This document shows positions 26,776 through 35,992 of a DNA stretch of 64,000 bases, one piece after another. The first letter of the stretch is position 1; every line of letters starts with the position of its first letter. Below the pieces are notes generated by a model. That model did not search any database. It was not told where the DNA came from and saw nothing but the letters and a program-made list of their open reading frames with translations. The position numbers and the translations under genes were made by a program. Where the stretch lies: assembly GCA_964425225.1 (NCBI GenBank), contig CAYRMD010000010.1, positions 16,712 through 80,711 of the forward strand. Reading direction: 5' to 3'. Origin of the DNA: an uncultured Pirellulaceae bacterium. GTDB lineage: Bacteria > Planctomycetota > Planctomycetia > Pirellulales > Pirellulaceae.

Positions 26776-29572
26776 TTGTGCGGCGCTTGTTTTGCTGGGT
26801 GCGGCAGGACTGTGGGGCAATGAATCCCCAAGCGCGACGGTGCCGAGATTCGAGATCGAGTACTATCGGCTGAGCAATGGCTTGAAAGTAGCCTTGCTGC
26901 CGGATCCCCAGCTACCGCGGGTCACGGTGGCGGTTGCCTATCATGTGGGCTCGAAAAACGAACGCAAAGGGCTGACCGGGTTTGCGCACTTCTTCGAACA
27001 TATGATGTTTCGGGGTACCCAGCACGTCCCCAACTTCGACGTGCCGCTTCAAGAAGCTGGTGGTGAACCAAACGCTTTTACGACCGAGGATGTGACCATC
27101 TATTTCGAAACGGTCCCACCCACGTATTTGAAACGCGCTCTGTACATGGAGGCCGAGCGGATGGCATTTTTACCTTCGGCATTGGATCAGGAAAAGTTCG
27201 ATACCGAGCGCGAGGTGGTCAAGAATGAGCGCCGTCAATCGATGGAGAACGTTCCGTATGGGCTGGCTGATGAGACATTGGCTGCGCATTTGTTTCCGAA
27301 AGGCCATCCCTATTCCTGGTCCGTGATCGGTTCGATGAAGGATCTGGATAACGCTACGTTGGAGGATCTGCGCCGATTTTTTTACGAATTCTATCATCCG
27401 GCCAATGCAGCGTTGGTTGTGGTAGGCAATTTCGAACCCTCGAAGGTGAAGCGTTGGATCGAGGACTATTTCGGCGTCATCCCGGCTGGTCCTCAGCCTT
27501 CAGTCCCGCCGATACCCAGTGCTCAGCGTCAACCTTCGCGAATCGTACAGCGAGATCAAGTGGAATTGCCTCGAATCTATTGGGCTTGGCGTACCTGTCC
27601 GGAAAAGTCGCCGGATGCCCCGGCGCTCGACATGCTCGCCGACATTTTAGCCGACGGGGTTGCCTCACGACTCTATCAAGCTCTTGTCGTTCCTCAATGG
27701 GCTGTTGAGGTCGAGGCTACATCACGCACCGGCGAATTAGATGGAAGTTTTCAAATTATCGTGACCTTGAGTCCTGAAGCGACGATTCAGAAAGTCGAGC
27801 AAGTACTCCAGGAGCAGCTCGAGCGGTTGAAGGAGCAGCCGGTAAGTGCCGAGGAACTTCGGCGTGCCGTAGCCAAACATCAGTTGCGCCTATTACGGCA
27901 GTTGGTCGGCCCGCATTCCCGTGCCTTTGTCGTGGCCAGTGGAGCGGCTCAGTACGACGATCCCCACGACTATCAGCGATCCTTTCGAGACTATCTGACT
28001 TTAACTCCCCAGATGCTACACCGTGCAGCCCAAAGTTATTGGAGTCGCCCGCCGGTGGTGCTCGTCGTTGAACCGGTATCGGCAGGGCAAGAAGAATCGC
28101 CCGCCGTACTGGTTGAGGCGTCGGACGCTGATCCGAGAACCGTCGAGCCTCGTGCCGTTGCCGAGGATGCCCGTTGGCAAATGCTTCCGGAACCGGAGCC
28201 GGCCCAGAGCTATCCACTTCCACGGGTGGAACGAGCCACCTTGTCGAACGGAATGGAACTGTGGTTGGTACGTCGACCTACGCTTCCCCTGGTCACGGCT
28301 CGGCTCGTGGTGGGTGTCGGCACGCAAGACGATCCGACAGGAAAGGAAGGCTTAGTATCGCTTCTTGCCCGGGTTTGGGATCATGGTACCCAGGAGTGGA
28401 CGGCTGAGGAGTTTACCGCGAAATTGGAGAATTACGGCGTTTCTCTAAGTACGATAGCGCTCCGACATGTTACTCAATTAGGCTTTACCGCGACCACTGA
28501 ACACCTTCCACACGTTATGGGACTGGTGGGCCAGATGGTGGGCCAACCCCGCTGGGACCCTGGCGATGTGCGACGCGAGCGCGAGCGGCTGTTGAACCAA
28601 TTGCGGCAGGGTGCCAATGATCCGGGTTGGGTGGCGGCGCGCGTCTTTCCGATGGTGCTCTACGGACCGCAATCTCCTTTGGGCAGGCCAGCTTTGGGAT
28701 GGAGCGACACGTTAAGTACGATCGAATCCGCGGACATCCAAGCATTTTACCAACAAAACTTCGTGCCCCGTGTGGCAACACTCGTCCTGGTTGGGGATGT
28801 GGACCTGGCCTCTGCCGTAGCTTTGGCAGAGAATAGCTTTGGTGAGTGGCAGTCCAGAGTCCCGGCCCGAAGAAACGTCTCGCGGCCGGCAGGCGAGCTT
28901 TCTCCAGCGGCTGGCATTTGGGCAGTGGATGTGCCGGGGGCCGTACAAAGCGTCTTGGTCGTGGGCCGACGCTTGTGGCCAGCCGCTGATCCCCGCTCGA
29001 CTTCGGCGGAAGTGGCAAACCGCATCCTTGGCGGCGACTTCCTCAGCCGGCTCAATCAAAACCTGCGTGAGAAACATGGTTACACCTACGGCGTGCGCTC
29101 GGTATTGCATTCCTTCGGCAGTGATGGCCATTGGGTTTGTTCAACGTCGGTTCGGGCTAACGTTACGGCCGATGCGTTACTGGAGATTTTCGACGAGCTG
29201 CAAGCAGTAGCGGAAAACCAACGGCCGCTGACGGATCAGGAGATCCAGACGGCACGACAGGCCGAACACCTGGCTTCTCCAGAACGATTTGAAACCTTGG
29301 AGCGATTGGCGGAAGCCACGGTGCGGCTAGTCACCGAACGGCTACCAACCGACTATTGGCACCAACTTGAGCGGCAATTATCCCAACTGTCCACCGAAGA
29401 GGTGCGCAAGGTGGCCCATAAGCTCACAGCGCGCAACGATCGCGTTGTACTTGTCGTAGGGGATCGGCGTATTATCGAGGAGCCGTTGCGGAGCATCGCC
29501 GGCAACCCGATACGTTGGTTATCACCGGACGGAACAGTTCTGCCGCTTGGCGACCCAAATGGCTCACAATAA
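26660..29572 (+). CDS. Secreted M16 (pitrilysin-family) zinc peptidase, two fused M16 units
   Basis: GLTGFAHFFEHMMFRGT (the HxxEH motif) in the first half; a second M16-like half lacks the motif. Start uncertain (26549, 26660 or 26672), and all of these overlap the upstream gene. Confidence 0.85.
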   Translation: MPKFMPTQLRFCPCWLKACSKNWNVWVGKAKSISITALNCAALVLLGAAGLWGNESPSATVPRFEIEYYRLSNGLKVALLPDPQLPRVTVAVAYHVGSKNERKGLTGFAHFFEHMMFRGTQHVPNFDVPLQEAGGEPNAFTTEDVTIYFETVPPTYLKRALYMEAERMAFLPSALDQEKFDTEREVVKNERRQSMENVPYGLADETLAAHLFPKGHPYSWSVIGSMKDLDNATLEDLRRFFYEFYHPANAALVVVGNFEPSKVKRWIEDYFGVIPAGPQPSVPPIPSAQRQPSRIVQRDQVELPRIYWAWRTCPEKSPDAPALDMLADILADGVASRLYQALVVPQWAVEVEATSRTGELDGSFQIIVTLSPEATIQKVEQVLQEQLERLKEQPVSAEELRRAVAKHQLRLLRQLVGPHSRAFVVASGAAQYDDPHDYQRSFRDYLTLTPQMLHRAAQSYWSRPPVVLVVEPVSAGQEESPAVLVEASDADPRTVEPRAVAEDARWQMLPEPEPAQSYPLPRVERATLSNGMELWLVRRPTLPLVTARLVVGVGTQDDPTGKEGLVSLLARVWDHGTQEWTAEEFTAKLENYGVSLSTIALRHVTQLGFTATTEHLPHVMGLVGQMVGQPRWDPGDVRRERERLLNQLRQGANDPGWVAARVFPMVLYGPQSPLGRPALGWSDTLSTIESADIQAFYQQNFVPRVATLVLVGDVDLASAVALAENSFGEWQSRVPARRNVSRPAGELSPAAGIWAVDVPGAVQSVLVVGRRLWPAADPRSTSAEVANRILGGDFLSRLNQNLREKHGYTYGVRSVLHSFGSDGHWVCSTSVRANVTADALLEIFDELQAVAENQRPLTDQEIQTARQAEHLASPERFETLERLAEATVRLVTERLPTDYWHQLERQLSQLSTEEVRKVAHKLTARNDRVVLVVGDRRIIEEPLRSIAGNPIRWLSPDGTVLPLGDPNGSQ

Positions 29573-29697
29573 AAAAGAAGCGCCCCTGACTTATGCACAT
29601 AGACACAGGGCGTTCGAAAGTCGGGTTGCCAAGTTAAGCCCCGCCGATATATTTAGTGGTTTCGGCAGCCTGAATGGAGCACGCACTAAACCGACCA

Positions 29698-29770
29698 GCC
29701 AGCGTAGCTCAACCGGCAGAGCAGCTGATTTGTAATCAGCAGGTTGTGGGTTCAAGTCCCTCCGCTGGCT
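29698..29770 (+). tRNA. tRNA-Thr (anticodon UGU)
   Basis: GCCAGCG acceptor stem, anticodon loop TTTGTAA, T-arm GTGGGTTCAAGTCCCTC. Confidence 0.9.
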
Positions 29771-29877
29771 TTATAACGGTAAAGTACGACGGTTAGAACG
29801 TCAGGCGATGCGGGGTGTTGCCGTGCGGATGGATCCAGTGCACGATTAGGGAACACTACGGCAGGGATAAAAACCGA

Positions 29878-29959
29878 GGGGGGTTTCCCGAGTGGTCAAA
29901 GGGGCCAGACTGTAAATCTGGTGGCTCAGCCTTCGAAGGTTCGAATCCTTCACCCCCCA
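29878..29959 (+). tRNA. tRNA-Tyr (anticodon GUA), long variable arm
   Basis: GGGGGGT acceptor stem, anticodon loop CTGTAAA, long extra arm, T-arm GAAGGTTCGAATCCTTC. Confidence 0.9.
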
Positions 29960-30051
29960 TTGGCTGCGAGCCCTGTCGTGTTGGCCTCCCGTCGAGTCGA
30001 CGGTCAGGCACCAGGGTGCCGGTACCGTAGAGTTCCACGAAGATCCGTTTT

Positions 30052-30122
30052 GCGGGTGTAGCTCAGTGGTAGAGCAACAGCCTTCCAAGCTGAAGACGAG
30101 GGTTCGATTCCCTTCACCCGCT
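30052..30122 (+). tRNA. tRNA-Gly (anticodon UCC)
   Basis: GCGGGTGTAGCTCAGTGGTAGAGC, anticodon loop CTTCCAA, T-arm GAGGGTTCGATTCCCTT. Confidence 0.9.
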
Positions 30123-30155
30123 TCGGACCCATCGGTCCGGCGGACGCTGCGTGTG

Positions 30156-30228
<73 letters not shown>

Positions 30229-30424
30229 TTGTTCTGCCGCCGAGCTGAAGACCCGGACTGTGGGGGCAATTCAGCCAATGCCACTTTACGCGCTTGGCAG
30301 ACTCTGTCATAATTTGAGTTTTCTAGGTTGGCGCGACCTACCGGTTGTTAGGTGTGCTAGTAACGAAATGGTATTGGGGAGAGTGGTTCGAGGAAACCTT
30401 AGTAACACATAAGGCGAGTAAGCA

Positions 30425-31621
30425 ATGGCAAAGGAGGTATTTGAACGGAAAAAGCCGCACGTGAACGTCGGCACCATTGGGCACATTGACCACGGGAAAA
30501 CGACTTTGGCAGGCGCAATCTTGGCGGTTCAAAGCCGTAAGGGTTTGGCTCAGTTCAAGTCGTATGCAGAAATCGCCAAAGGCGGAACGGTTCGAGACGA
30601 AACGAAAACTGTCACGATTGCGGTAGCCCACATCGAATACGAGACCGAGAAACGCCACTATGCTCATATCGACTGTCCGGGGCACGCTGACTACATCAAG
30701 AATATGATCACCGGTGCGGCGCAAATGGACGGTGCGATTTTGGTCGTCTCGGCAGCCGACGGTCCGATGCCCCAGACGAAAGAGCACGTGCTGTTAGCTC
30801 GCCAGGTAGGCGTCCCAGCAATGGTCGTTTTCCTGAACAAGTGTGATTTGGTGGACGACCCAGAATTATTGGAACTGGTCGAAATCGATATTCGGGACTT
30901 GTTGAACAAGTACGAGTTTAACGGTGACGAAGTTCCCATTATCCGCGGGTCGGCCCTGCCTGCCTATCAGCGACCGGATGACCCGCAAGCTACCAAGTGC
31001 ATTGAAGAGTTGTTGGAGGCCATTGACAACTATATTCCGTTACCAAAGCGCGAAGAGGACAAACCGTTCTTGATGGCCGTAGAAGATGTCTTCTCGATTG
31101 AAGGTCGCGGTACGGTAGCTACCGGGCGAATCGAGCGCGGCGTGGTGCGAGTCGGCGACGAAGTAGAAATCGTCGGGTTGACCGATGAGCCTCGAAAGAC
31201 GACAGTCACCGGCGTGGAGATGTTTCGCAAGGTTCTTGAAGAAGGGCGAGCTGGTGATAACGTGGGGTGCCTGCTCCGGGGTATCAAGCGAGACGAAGTC
31301 GAGCGCGGACAGGTGCTTGCTAAACCCGGTTCGGTAAAACCTCACCGCAAATTCGAAGCCGAAGTCTACTGCTTGTCGAAAGACGAGGGTGGTCGTCATA
31401 CCCCGTTTTTCAGCGGGTATCGGCCCCAATTCTATTTCCGCACTACCGACGTCACCGGAACAGCTAACCTTGTTAAGGCCGATATGTGCATGCCCGGTGA
31501 CAATGTTCGGCTGCAAGTAGAATTGCTCAAACCTATTGCCATGGACGAAGGGGTGCGGTTTGCCATTCGGGAGGGTGGTAAGACGGTTGGTTCGGGAGTC
31601 GTTACGAAGATCCTCGAGTAA
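30425..31621 (+). CDS. tuf: Elongation factor Tu
   Basis: [19 protein letters not shown]-type G1 motif ([13 protein letters not shown]), DCPGHADY and NKCD motifs, 398 aa. Confidence 0.98.
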   Translation: MAKEVFERKKPHVNVGTIGHIDHGKTTLAGAILAVQSRKGLAQFKSYAEIAKGGTVRDETKTVTIAVAHIEYETEKRHYAHIDCPGHADYIKNMITGAAQMDGAILVVSAADGPMPQTKEHVLLARQVGVPAMVVFLNKCDLVDDPELLELVEIDIRDLLNKYEFNGDEVPIIRGSALPAYQRPDDPQATKCIEELLEAIDNYIPLPKREEDKPFLMAVEDVFSIEGRGTVATGRIERGVVRVGDEVEIVGLTDEPRKTTVTGVEMFRKVLEEGRAGDNVGCLLRGIKRDEVERGQVLAKPGSVKPHRKFEAEVYCLSKDEGGRHTPFFSGYRPQFYFRTTDVTGTANLVKADMCMPGDNVRLQVELLKPIAMDEGVRFAIREGGKTVGSGVVTKILE

Positions 31622-31714
31622 GGTTGAGCGATCAGGCTCCGTGTCCGGCCGGCGTATAGATAGAAGGCCGAACGGTCTGCTACAATAAGTCAACAGCGGC
31701 GTTATTCGGCCCAC

Positions 31715-31787
31715 AGGGGTGTAGCTCAACTGGTAGAGCACCGGTCTCCAAAACCGGGGGTTGCGAGTTCGAGTCCCGCCGCCCCTG
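31715..31787 (+). tRNA. tRNA-Trp (anticodon CCA)
   Basis: AGGGGTGTAGCTCAACTGGTAGAGC, anticodon loop CTCCAAA. Canonical position between tuf and secE. Confidence 0.85.
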
Positions 31788-31812
31788 CTCGAATCAGCCA
31801 TTGCCTCGCTCA

Positions 31813-31854
31813 ACAGGCACACGCCCAAGGTGTCGACGGTCGCCTGTTTTTTTT
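31813..31854 (+). terminator. Probable intrinsic terminator after tRNA-Trp
   Basis: ACAGGC...GCCTGT imperfect hairpin followed by a T8 run (31847-31854). Confidence 0.45.
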
Positions 31855-31899
31855 CGGCCCGGCATGTACCTGCTGGAGTGAGCGGCGTGCGGGTGAAAC

Positions 31900-32316
31900 A
31901 TGAGTGCCATTTTTCGAGAGTTATTCCAGGTCGGCATCTACAAGCGGACTCAGGGTTTGCTGGTCCGCCAAATAACCGGCGCTGTGGTAGCGCTCGGTTT
32001 TTTGATCGCCGCTTGGCAACTCTATATTTGGCTTCGGGTAACTGTCCAGGCGGCGTGGCTGGTATACGGCGTGCCGATGTTCGTAGCCCTGGTTGGTCTG
32101 TGGACAAGCTATCGGCTGGTGAATGTGCCGCGGTTTGCTGATTTTTTAATAGCGGTGGAAGCGGAAATGCGAACCGTTTGGTGGCCCTCGTGGGCCGAAA
32201 CGGTACGCAGCTCTACCGTTGTCATCTTCGTGATGTTTTTTTTGGCCGCGGTACTATTTGCTTTCGACTTTGTCTGGACGGTTGTGTTTCAGTTCTTGGG
32301 CATTTTGAGGAAGTAA
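31900..32316 (+). CDS. secE: Preprotein translocase subunit SecE (three-TM form)
   Basis: 138 aa with three hydrophobic helices. The C-terminal helix is preceded by AEMRTVWWPSWAETVRSS (SecE signature). Sits upstream of nusG. Confidence 0.85.
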   Translation: MSAIFRELFQVGIYKRTQGLLVRQITGAVVALGFLIAAWQLYIWLRVTVQAAWLVYGVPMFVALVGLWTSYRLVNVPRFADFLIAVEAEMRTVWWPSWAETVRSSTVVIFVMFFLAAVLFAFDFVWTVVFQFLGILRK

Positions 32317-32357
32317 CTGAGCTGGTATCTGCCGCGGCAAACCTTGATAGGTCTATC

Positions 32358-33344
32358 ATGACGCAACCCAGTGACTCCATGTCGTCCAATGAGCTGCAGC
32401 AGCCGGGCGGTTCGCCGCAACCGATTGACAGCGTACGCGCCGCTCCCGCACCGCAAGCCAGCACCGTACAACCGCTAGCCACCGAGACGAATTGCGCAAT
32501 CCCGGGAGTAATGACCACGGAAGCTCGGGAGAACTTGGTACGCATCGAGGCTACCAACAGTGCTGCGGATGATTCGGTGAATCGCGCCGCAGAGCCAAGT
32601 GGCTTTTCGACCGAACCCGATGCATCGCAGGGCGATACAGAACCTAGTCCGGTGGAATCGATTGGGCCGCAGGCGGAGGAATCAGAAGCATTCGAAGTCC
32701 AGCCAGAACCAGAAGAAGTCCAGTCAGAAACCGTGTCCGAGTCGTCCGGCAGCCCAGCGGTACGTCCAATTGAGGAGGTGCCGGTAAGCCCGCCAGAAAT
32801 CCCCGAATTCCAATGGTACATCATTCGCGTCATGGTCAATCGGGAAACCGTGGCGGCGGAGGCGTTGCGCAAGCGGATCCAAATTGCCGGTTTGCAAGAC
32901 TATTTTGGGGAAATTGTGGCACCCACCGAAGATGTGGTCGAGTTTACCAAGACGGGAAAAAAGCGTACGGTTAAGCGTAAGCTTTTCCCGGGCTATATCA
33001 TGGTGCGCATGGCGCTGACCGATGAGACATGGTTTTTGGTTCGTGAAACCCCCGGAATTGGGGATTTTACCGGGGGAGCCGGACGCCCCACGCCGATGAC
33101 TCCCGACGAAGTGCGACGGATCATTAGGCCCAAGGGGCCTGCCGATCAGGAGGAACCCGCGGTTAGACTGGCAATTCCGTTCTCGGTTGGCGATCGTGTC
33201 CGAGTCAAAGAGGGATATTTTCAGAATTTCGAAGGGGACGTTGCGGCAATTGACGAGACGAATGGCCGTGTAACGGTGATGATTAACATCTTTGGAAGGT
33301 CTACGCCTGTAGAATTGCAGCACTGGCAGATGGAGCGCATTTAA
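32358..33344 (+). CDS. nusG: Transcription termination/antitermination factor NusG with long acidic N-terminal extension
   Basis: NGN domain WYIIRVMVNRETVAAEAL...FPGYIMVRM, and KOW domain VGDRVRVKEGYFQNFEGDVAAIDE. ATG 32358 is in frame. The longer ORF from 32178 would overlap secE. Confidence 0.92.
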   Translation: MTQPSDSMSSNELQQPGGSPQPIDSVRAAPAPQASTVQPLATETNCAIPGVMTTEARENLVRIEATNSAADDSVNRAAEPSGFSTEPDASQGDTEPSPVESIGPQAEESEAFEVQPEPEEVQSETVSESSGSPAVRPIEEVPVSPPEIPEFQWYIIRVMVNRETVAAEALRKRIQIAGLQDYFGEIVAPTEDVVEFTKTGKKRTVKRKLFPGYIMVRMALTDETWFLVRETPGIGDFTGGAGRPTPMTPDEVRRIIRPKGPADQEEPAVRLAIPFSVGDRVRVKEGYFQNFEGDVAAIDETNGRVTVMINIFGRSTPVELQHWQMERI

Positions 33345-33408
33345 TGGCCGAATACGGTCAGAGGTCCCTTGGAATATCCCGTGAGGTACTTCTGGAGATT
33401 CAGCGGTA

Positions 33409-33843
33409 ATGGCAAAGCAACGACAGCTTATTGGACAGGCACGCTTTCAGGTACCTGCCGGGCAGGCCACGCCTGCTCCTCCCGTGGGAACCTCGCTTGG
33501 CAAATACGGTATTAACTTGGGGCAATTTGTGACCCAATTCAACGAGCGAACGCGCGAATTGGTCGGAACTCGGGTCACGGTAATCGTCAACGTGTACAGC
33601 GATAAGACGTTCGAGTTTACCGTGAAAAGCCCTCCGGCTTCGGAATTGCTCAAGCAGGCGGCCGGTATTGTGAAAGGCTCCGGAGCGCCAAACAGAGAGA
33701 AGGTCGGGCGGGTGACTCGGGCGCAGATTGACGAGATCTGCCGCAAAAAAATGGCCGATCTCAATGCCCGTGATCTGGAACACGCACGACGCATGATCAT
33801 GGGTACGGCACGCAGCATGGGTATCGAGGTTGTGGAGGGCTAA
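33409..33843 (+). CDS. rplK: 50S ribosomal protein L11
   Basis: [32 protein letters not shown]... Confidence 0.97.
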   Translation: MAKQRQLIGQARFQVPAGQATPAPPVGTSLGKYGINLGQFVTQFNERTRELVGTRVTVIVNVYSDKTFEFTVKSPPASELLKQAAGIVKGSGAPNREKVGRVTRAQIDEICRKKMADLNARDLEHARRMIMGTARSMGIEVVEG

Positions 33844-33845
33844 GC

Positions 33846-34523
33846 ATGCCGAAGCATTCACGTCGCTATCGCCAATTGGCTGCGCTAGTCCCAGCAAAAC
33901 CGGTCGACCTGGCCTCAGCCATCCAAACGCTCAAGCAGTTCAACAACACGCGTTTCGACCAGTCGGTCGAGGTTCACGTGCGATTGGGAATCGATCCGAA
34001 GCAAGCCGACCAAATGGTTCGCGGTAGTGTCGTTCTACCACATGGTATCGGGCGTACTCAGCGCGTTGCGGTCTTTGCCAAGGGCGAGTTAGCCGATTTA
34101 GCGCGTCGAGCTGGTGCTGACATCGTAGGGCAAGAAGATCTGGTGAATCGGGTTAAGGAAGGATGGCTGGAATTCGACGTGTGCATTGCTACACCGGACA
34201 TGATGGGTCTGGTCGGACCTCTGGGTAGGATCTTGGGCCCGCGAGGTCTGATGCCTTCGCCCCGGGCTGGCACGGTGACCACGGATGTGGCGCGGGTCGT
34301 TCGTGAGTATAAAGCGGGTAAAGTCGAATTCAAAAACGACTCGGGCGGAAATGTGCATGCAGTCGTGGGTAAGTTAAGCTTTTCCGAACAACAGCTTATC
34401 GAAAATATTCAGACGTTCTTAGATTATTTGAATAGCTTGCGTCCTGCGGCCGTTCGAGGTGCTTTTATCCGCTCGATTAACGTAGCAGCCACCATGAGTC
34501 CGGCAGTTGCTATCGCCCTCTAA
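33846..34523 (+). CDS. rplA: 50S ribosomal protein L1
   Basis: [31 protein letters not shown]...[10 protein letters not shown]. Confidence 0.97.
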   Translation: MPKHSRRYRQLAALVPAKPVDLASAIQTLKQFNNTRFDQSVEVHVRLGIDPKQADQMVRGSVVLPHGIGRTQRVAVFAKGELADLARRAGADIVGQEDLVNRVKEGWLEFDVCIATPDMMGLVGPLGRILGPRGLMPSPRAGTVTTDVARVVREYKAGKVEFKNDSGGNVHAVVGKLSFSEQQLIENIQTFLDYLNSLRPAAVRGAFIRSINVAATMSPAVAIAL

Positions 34524-34554
34524 GTCGGTTTTTCCATAGGTAGGGATTCCACTG

Positions 34555-35088
34555 ATGAGTCGTTATGTAAAGAATTTGATCACCCAGGAAATTTCCCGAC
34601 GCTTACAAGGCGTCGAAGATCTACTGTTGGTGAACGTCGTCGGAATGGATGCGGATTCGACCTATCGATTGCGGAAGGAGTTGCGCGAAAAAAACATCCG
34701 CCTGATGGTTGTCAAAACTAGTTTGGCTCGCCGGGCGTGTGAGGGAACGCGTTTGGCACCGGCTTTTGAAGGGGCCACCGGACCGATTGCTTTGGTGTGG
34801 GGAGGCGACGATTTTGTCTCGCTAGCCAAAGAGATTACGCGCATCATCAAAGAAGGCAAATATGAAAAGTTCGAGGCCAAGGGTGGAGTCTTCGAGGGAG
34901 AACGCCTCACGGTGGAGCGGATTGAACAGATCAGCAAATGGCCAAGCCGCCAAGAACAGCTAGCGATGCTGCTCGGCCAGATCCTCTCACCGGGTGCCCA
35001 ATTGGCTTCGCAGATCCTTGGCCCAGGAGGCTCATTGGCTAGTCAGATTCAGCAGTTGGCCGAGGAGCGACCTTCGGCTCCTGCCTGA
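34555..35088 (+). CDS. rplJ: 50S ribosomal protein L10
   Basis: Position between rplA and rplL, and a L10-like N-terminal domain (LLLVNVVGMDADSTYRLRKELREKNIRLMVVKTSLARRA). Confidence 0.9.
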   Translation: MSRYVKNLITQEISRRLQGVEDLLLVNVVGMDADSTYRLRKELREKNIRLMVVKTSLARRACEGTRLAPAFEGATGPIALVWGGDDFVSLAKEITRIIKEGKYEKFEAKGGVFEGERLTVERIEQISKWPSRQEQLAMLLGQILSPGAQLASQILGPGGSLASQIQQLAEERPSAPA

Positions 35089-35356
35089 AAGCTCGCTCCG
35101 TAGGTAAATCAGGCCGACCTCCGCGGTACGCCTAAGAACAAGGTATAACCGGTTGAACAAACGATCTGTCGCCGACAAATGGCAGGTTCACCTGCGATCA
35201 GGAACGACAACTGACCTTGGCAGGATCCATGGTAAAGTGTCCAATGAGAACATGATGTAGTGTCTCCGTACAAGGGGTACAGCTTTCTTCAGCTTAGGGG
35301 GCAGGATAGGATGGTCGTAGTTTCAGGGTCTTTCTCGAAGAAGGGTTGATGGCAAT

Positions 35357-35761
35357 ATGGCAACGGCAACCACGGAATTTTCAGCCAAAATACGGGAACT
35401 GGGTGAGCAAATAGTCTCGCTGACACTCAAAGAGGCCAAAGAGCTCGGCGACTATTTGGAACAGGTGCATAATATTCGACCTGTCGCCGGGGGAGCAGTG
35501 GTAATGGCTGCCGGCGCTGCAGGTCAGGAAGCACCGCAAGTCGCTGAACAAACCGAATTCGATGTAATTCTTACGAACTTCGGCCCCAAGAAGCTTGACG
35601 TTATCAAAGTGGTCAAGAATATCACCGGTCTTTCGCTCTTGGATGCGAAGAAATTGGTCGAAAGCCCCAGTCCGAAGATCAAGGAAAAGGTTTCCAAAGA
35701 CGAAGCTCAGAAAATTAAGGCTCAGTTGGAAGAGCTAGGAGCAACCGTCGAACTGAAATAG
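35357..35761 (+). CDS. rplL: 50S ribosomal protein L7/L12
   Basis: Ala-rich hinge, then [36 protein letters not shown]...[18 protein letters not shown]. Confidence 0.97.
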   Translation: MATATTEFSAKIRELGEQIVSLTLKEAKELGDYLEQVHNIRPVAGGAVVMAAGAAGQEAPQVAEQTEFDVILTNFGPKKLDVIKVVKNITGLSLLDAKKLVESPSPKIKEKVSKDEAQKIKAQLEELGATVELK

Positions 35762-35992
35762 CGGTTGTTATTGCCTGAGCTGCTACGGGTAACCGGTCGG
35801 CAAAGGTAGGCCGGCGCCGGGACCGATCGCATGCACGAGTCTGCTTGCCAGTTAAGATGCATCCTAGCTGGCGGTCAATCCGCGGCACAAGGTGGATGTT
35901 GCGCGCCGATGGACCGAAGCTGGCTTCTACGATCTGGAGTGTGGTCAGATTTGGATCGGTCAATGGCTCGTTTCTAAGGAGCGGTGCGGAGT

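Noticed and set aside
32178-32357. Extended nusG start at 32178, and similarly extended starts for the M16 peptidase (26549), rpoC (39742), fusA (45220), rplC (48489), rpsQ (53408), the peptidase (22615), the PfkB kinase (17242) and the OM protein (5860).
   Set aside because: The extended N-termini overlap upstream genes or lack homology. Internal ATG or GTG codons with Shine-Dalgarno-like sequences coincide with the conserved protein N-termini.
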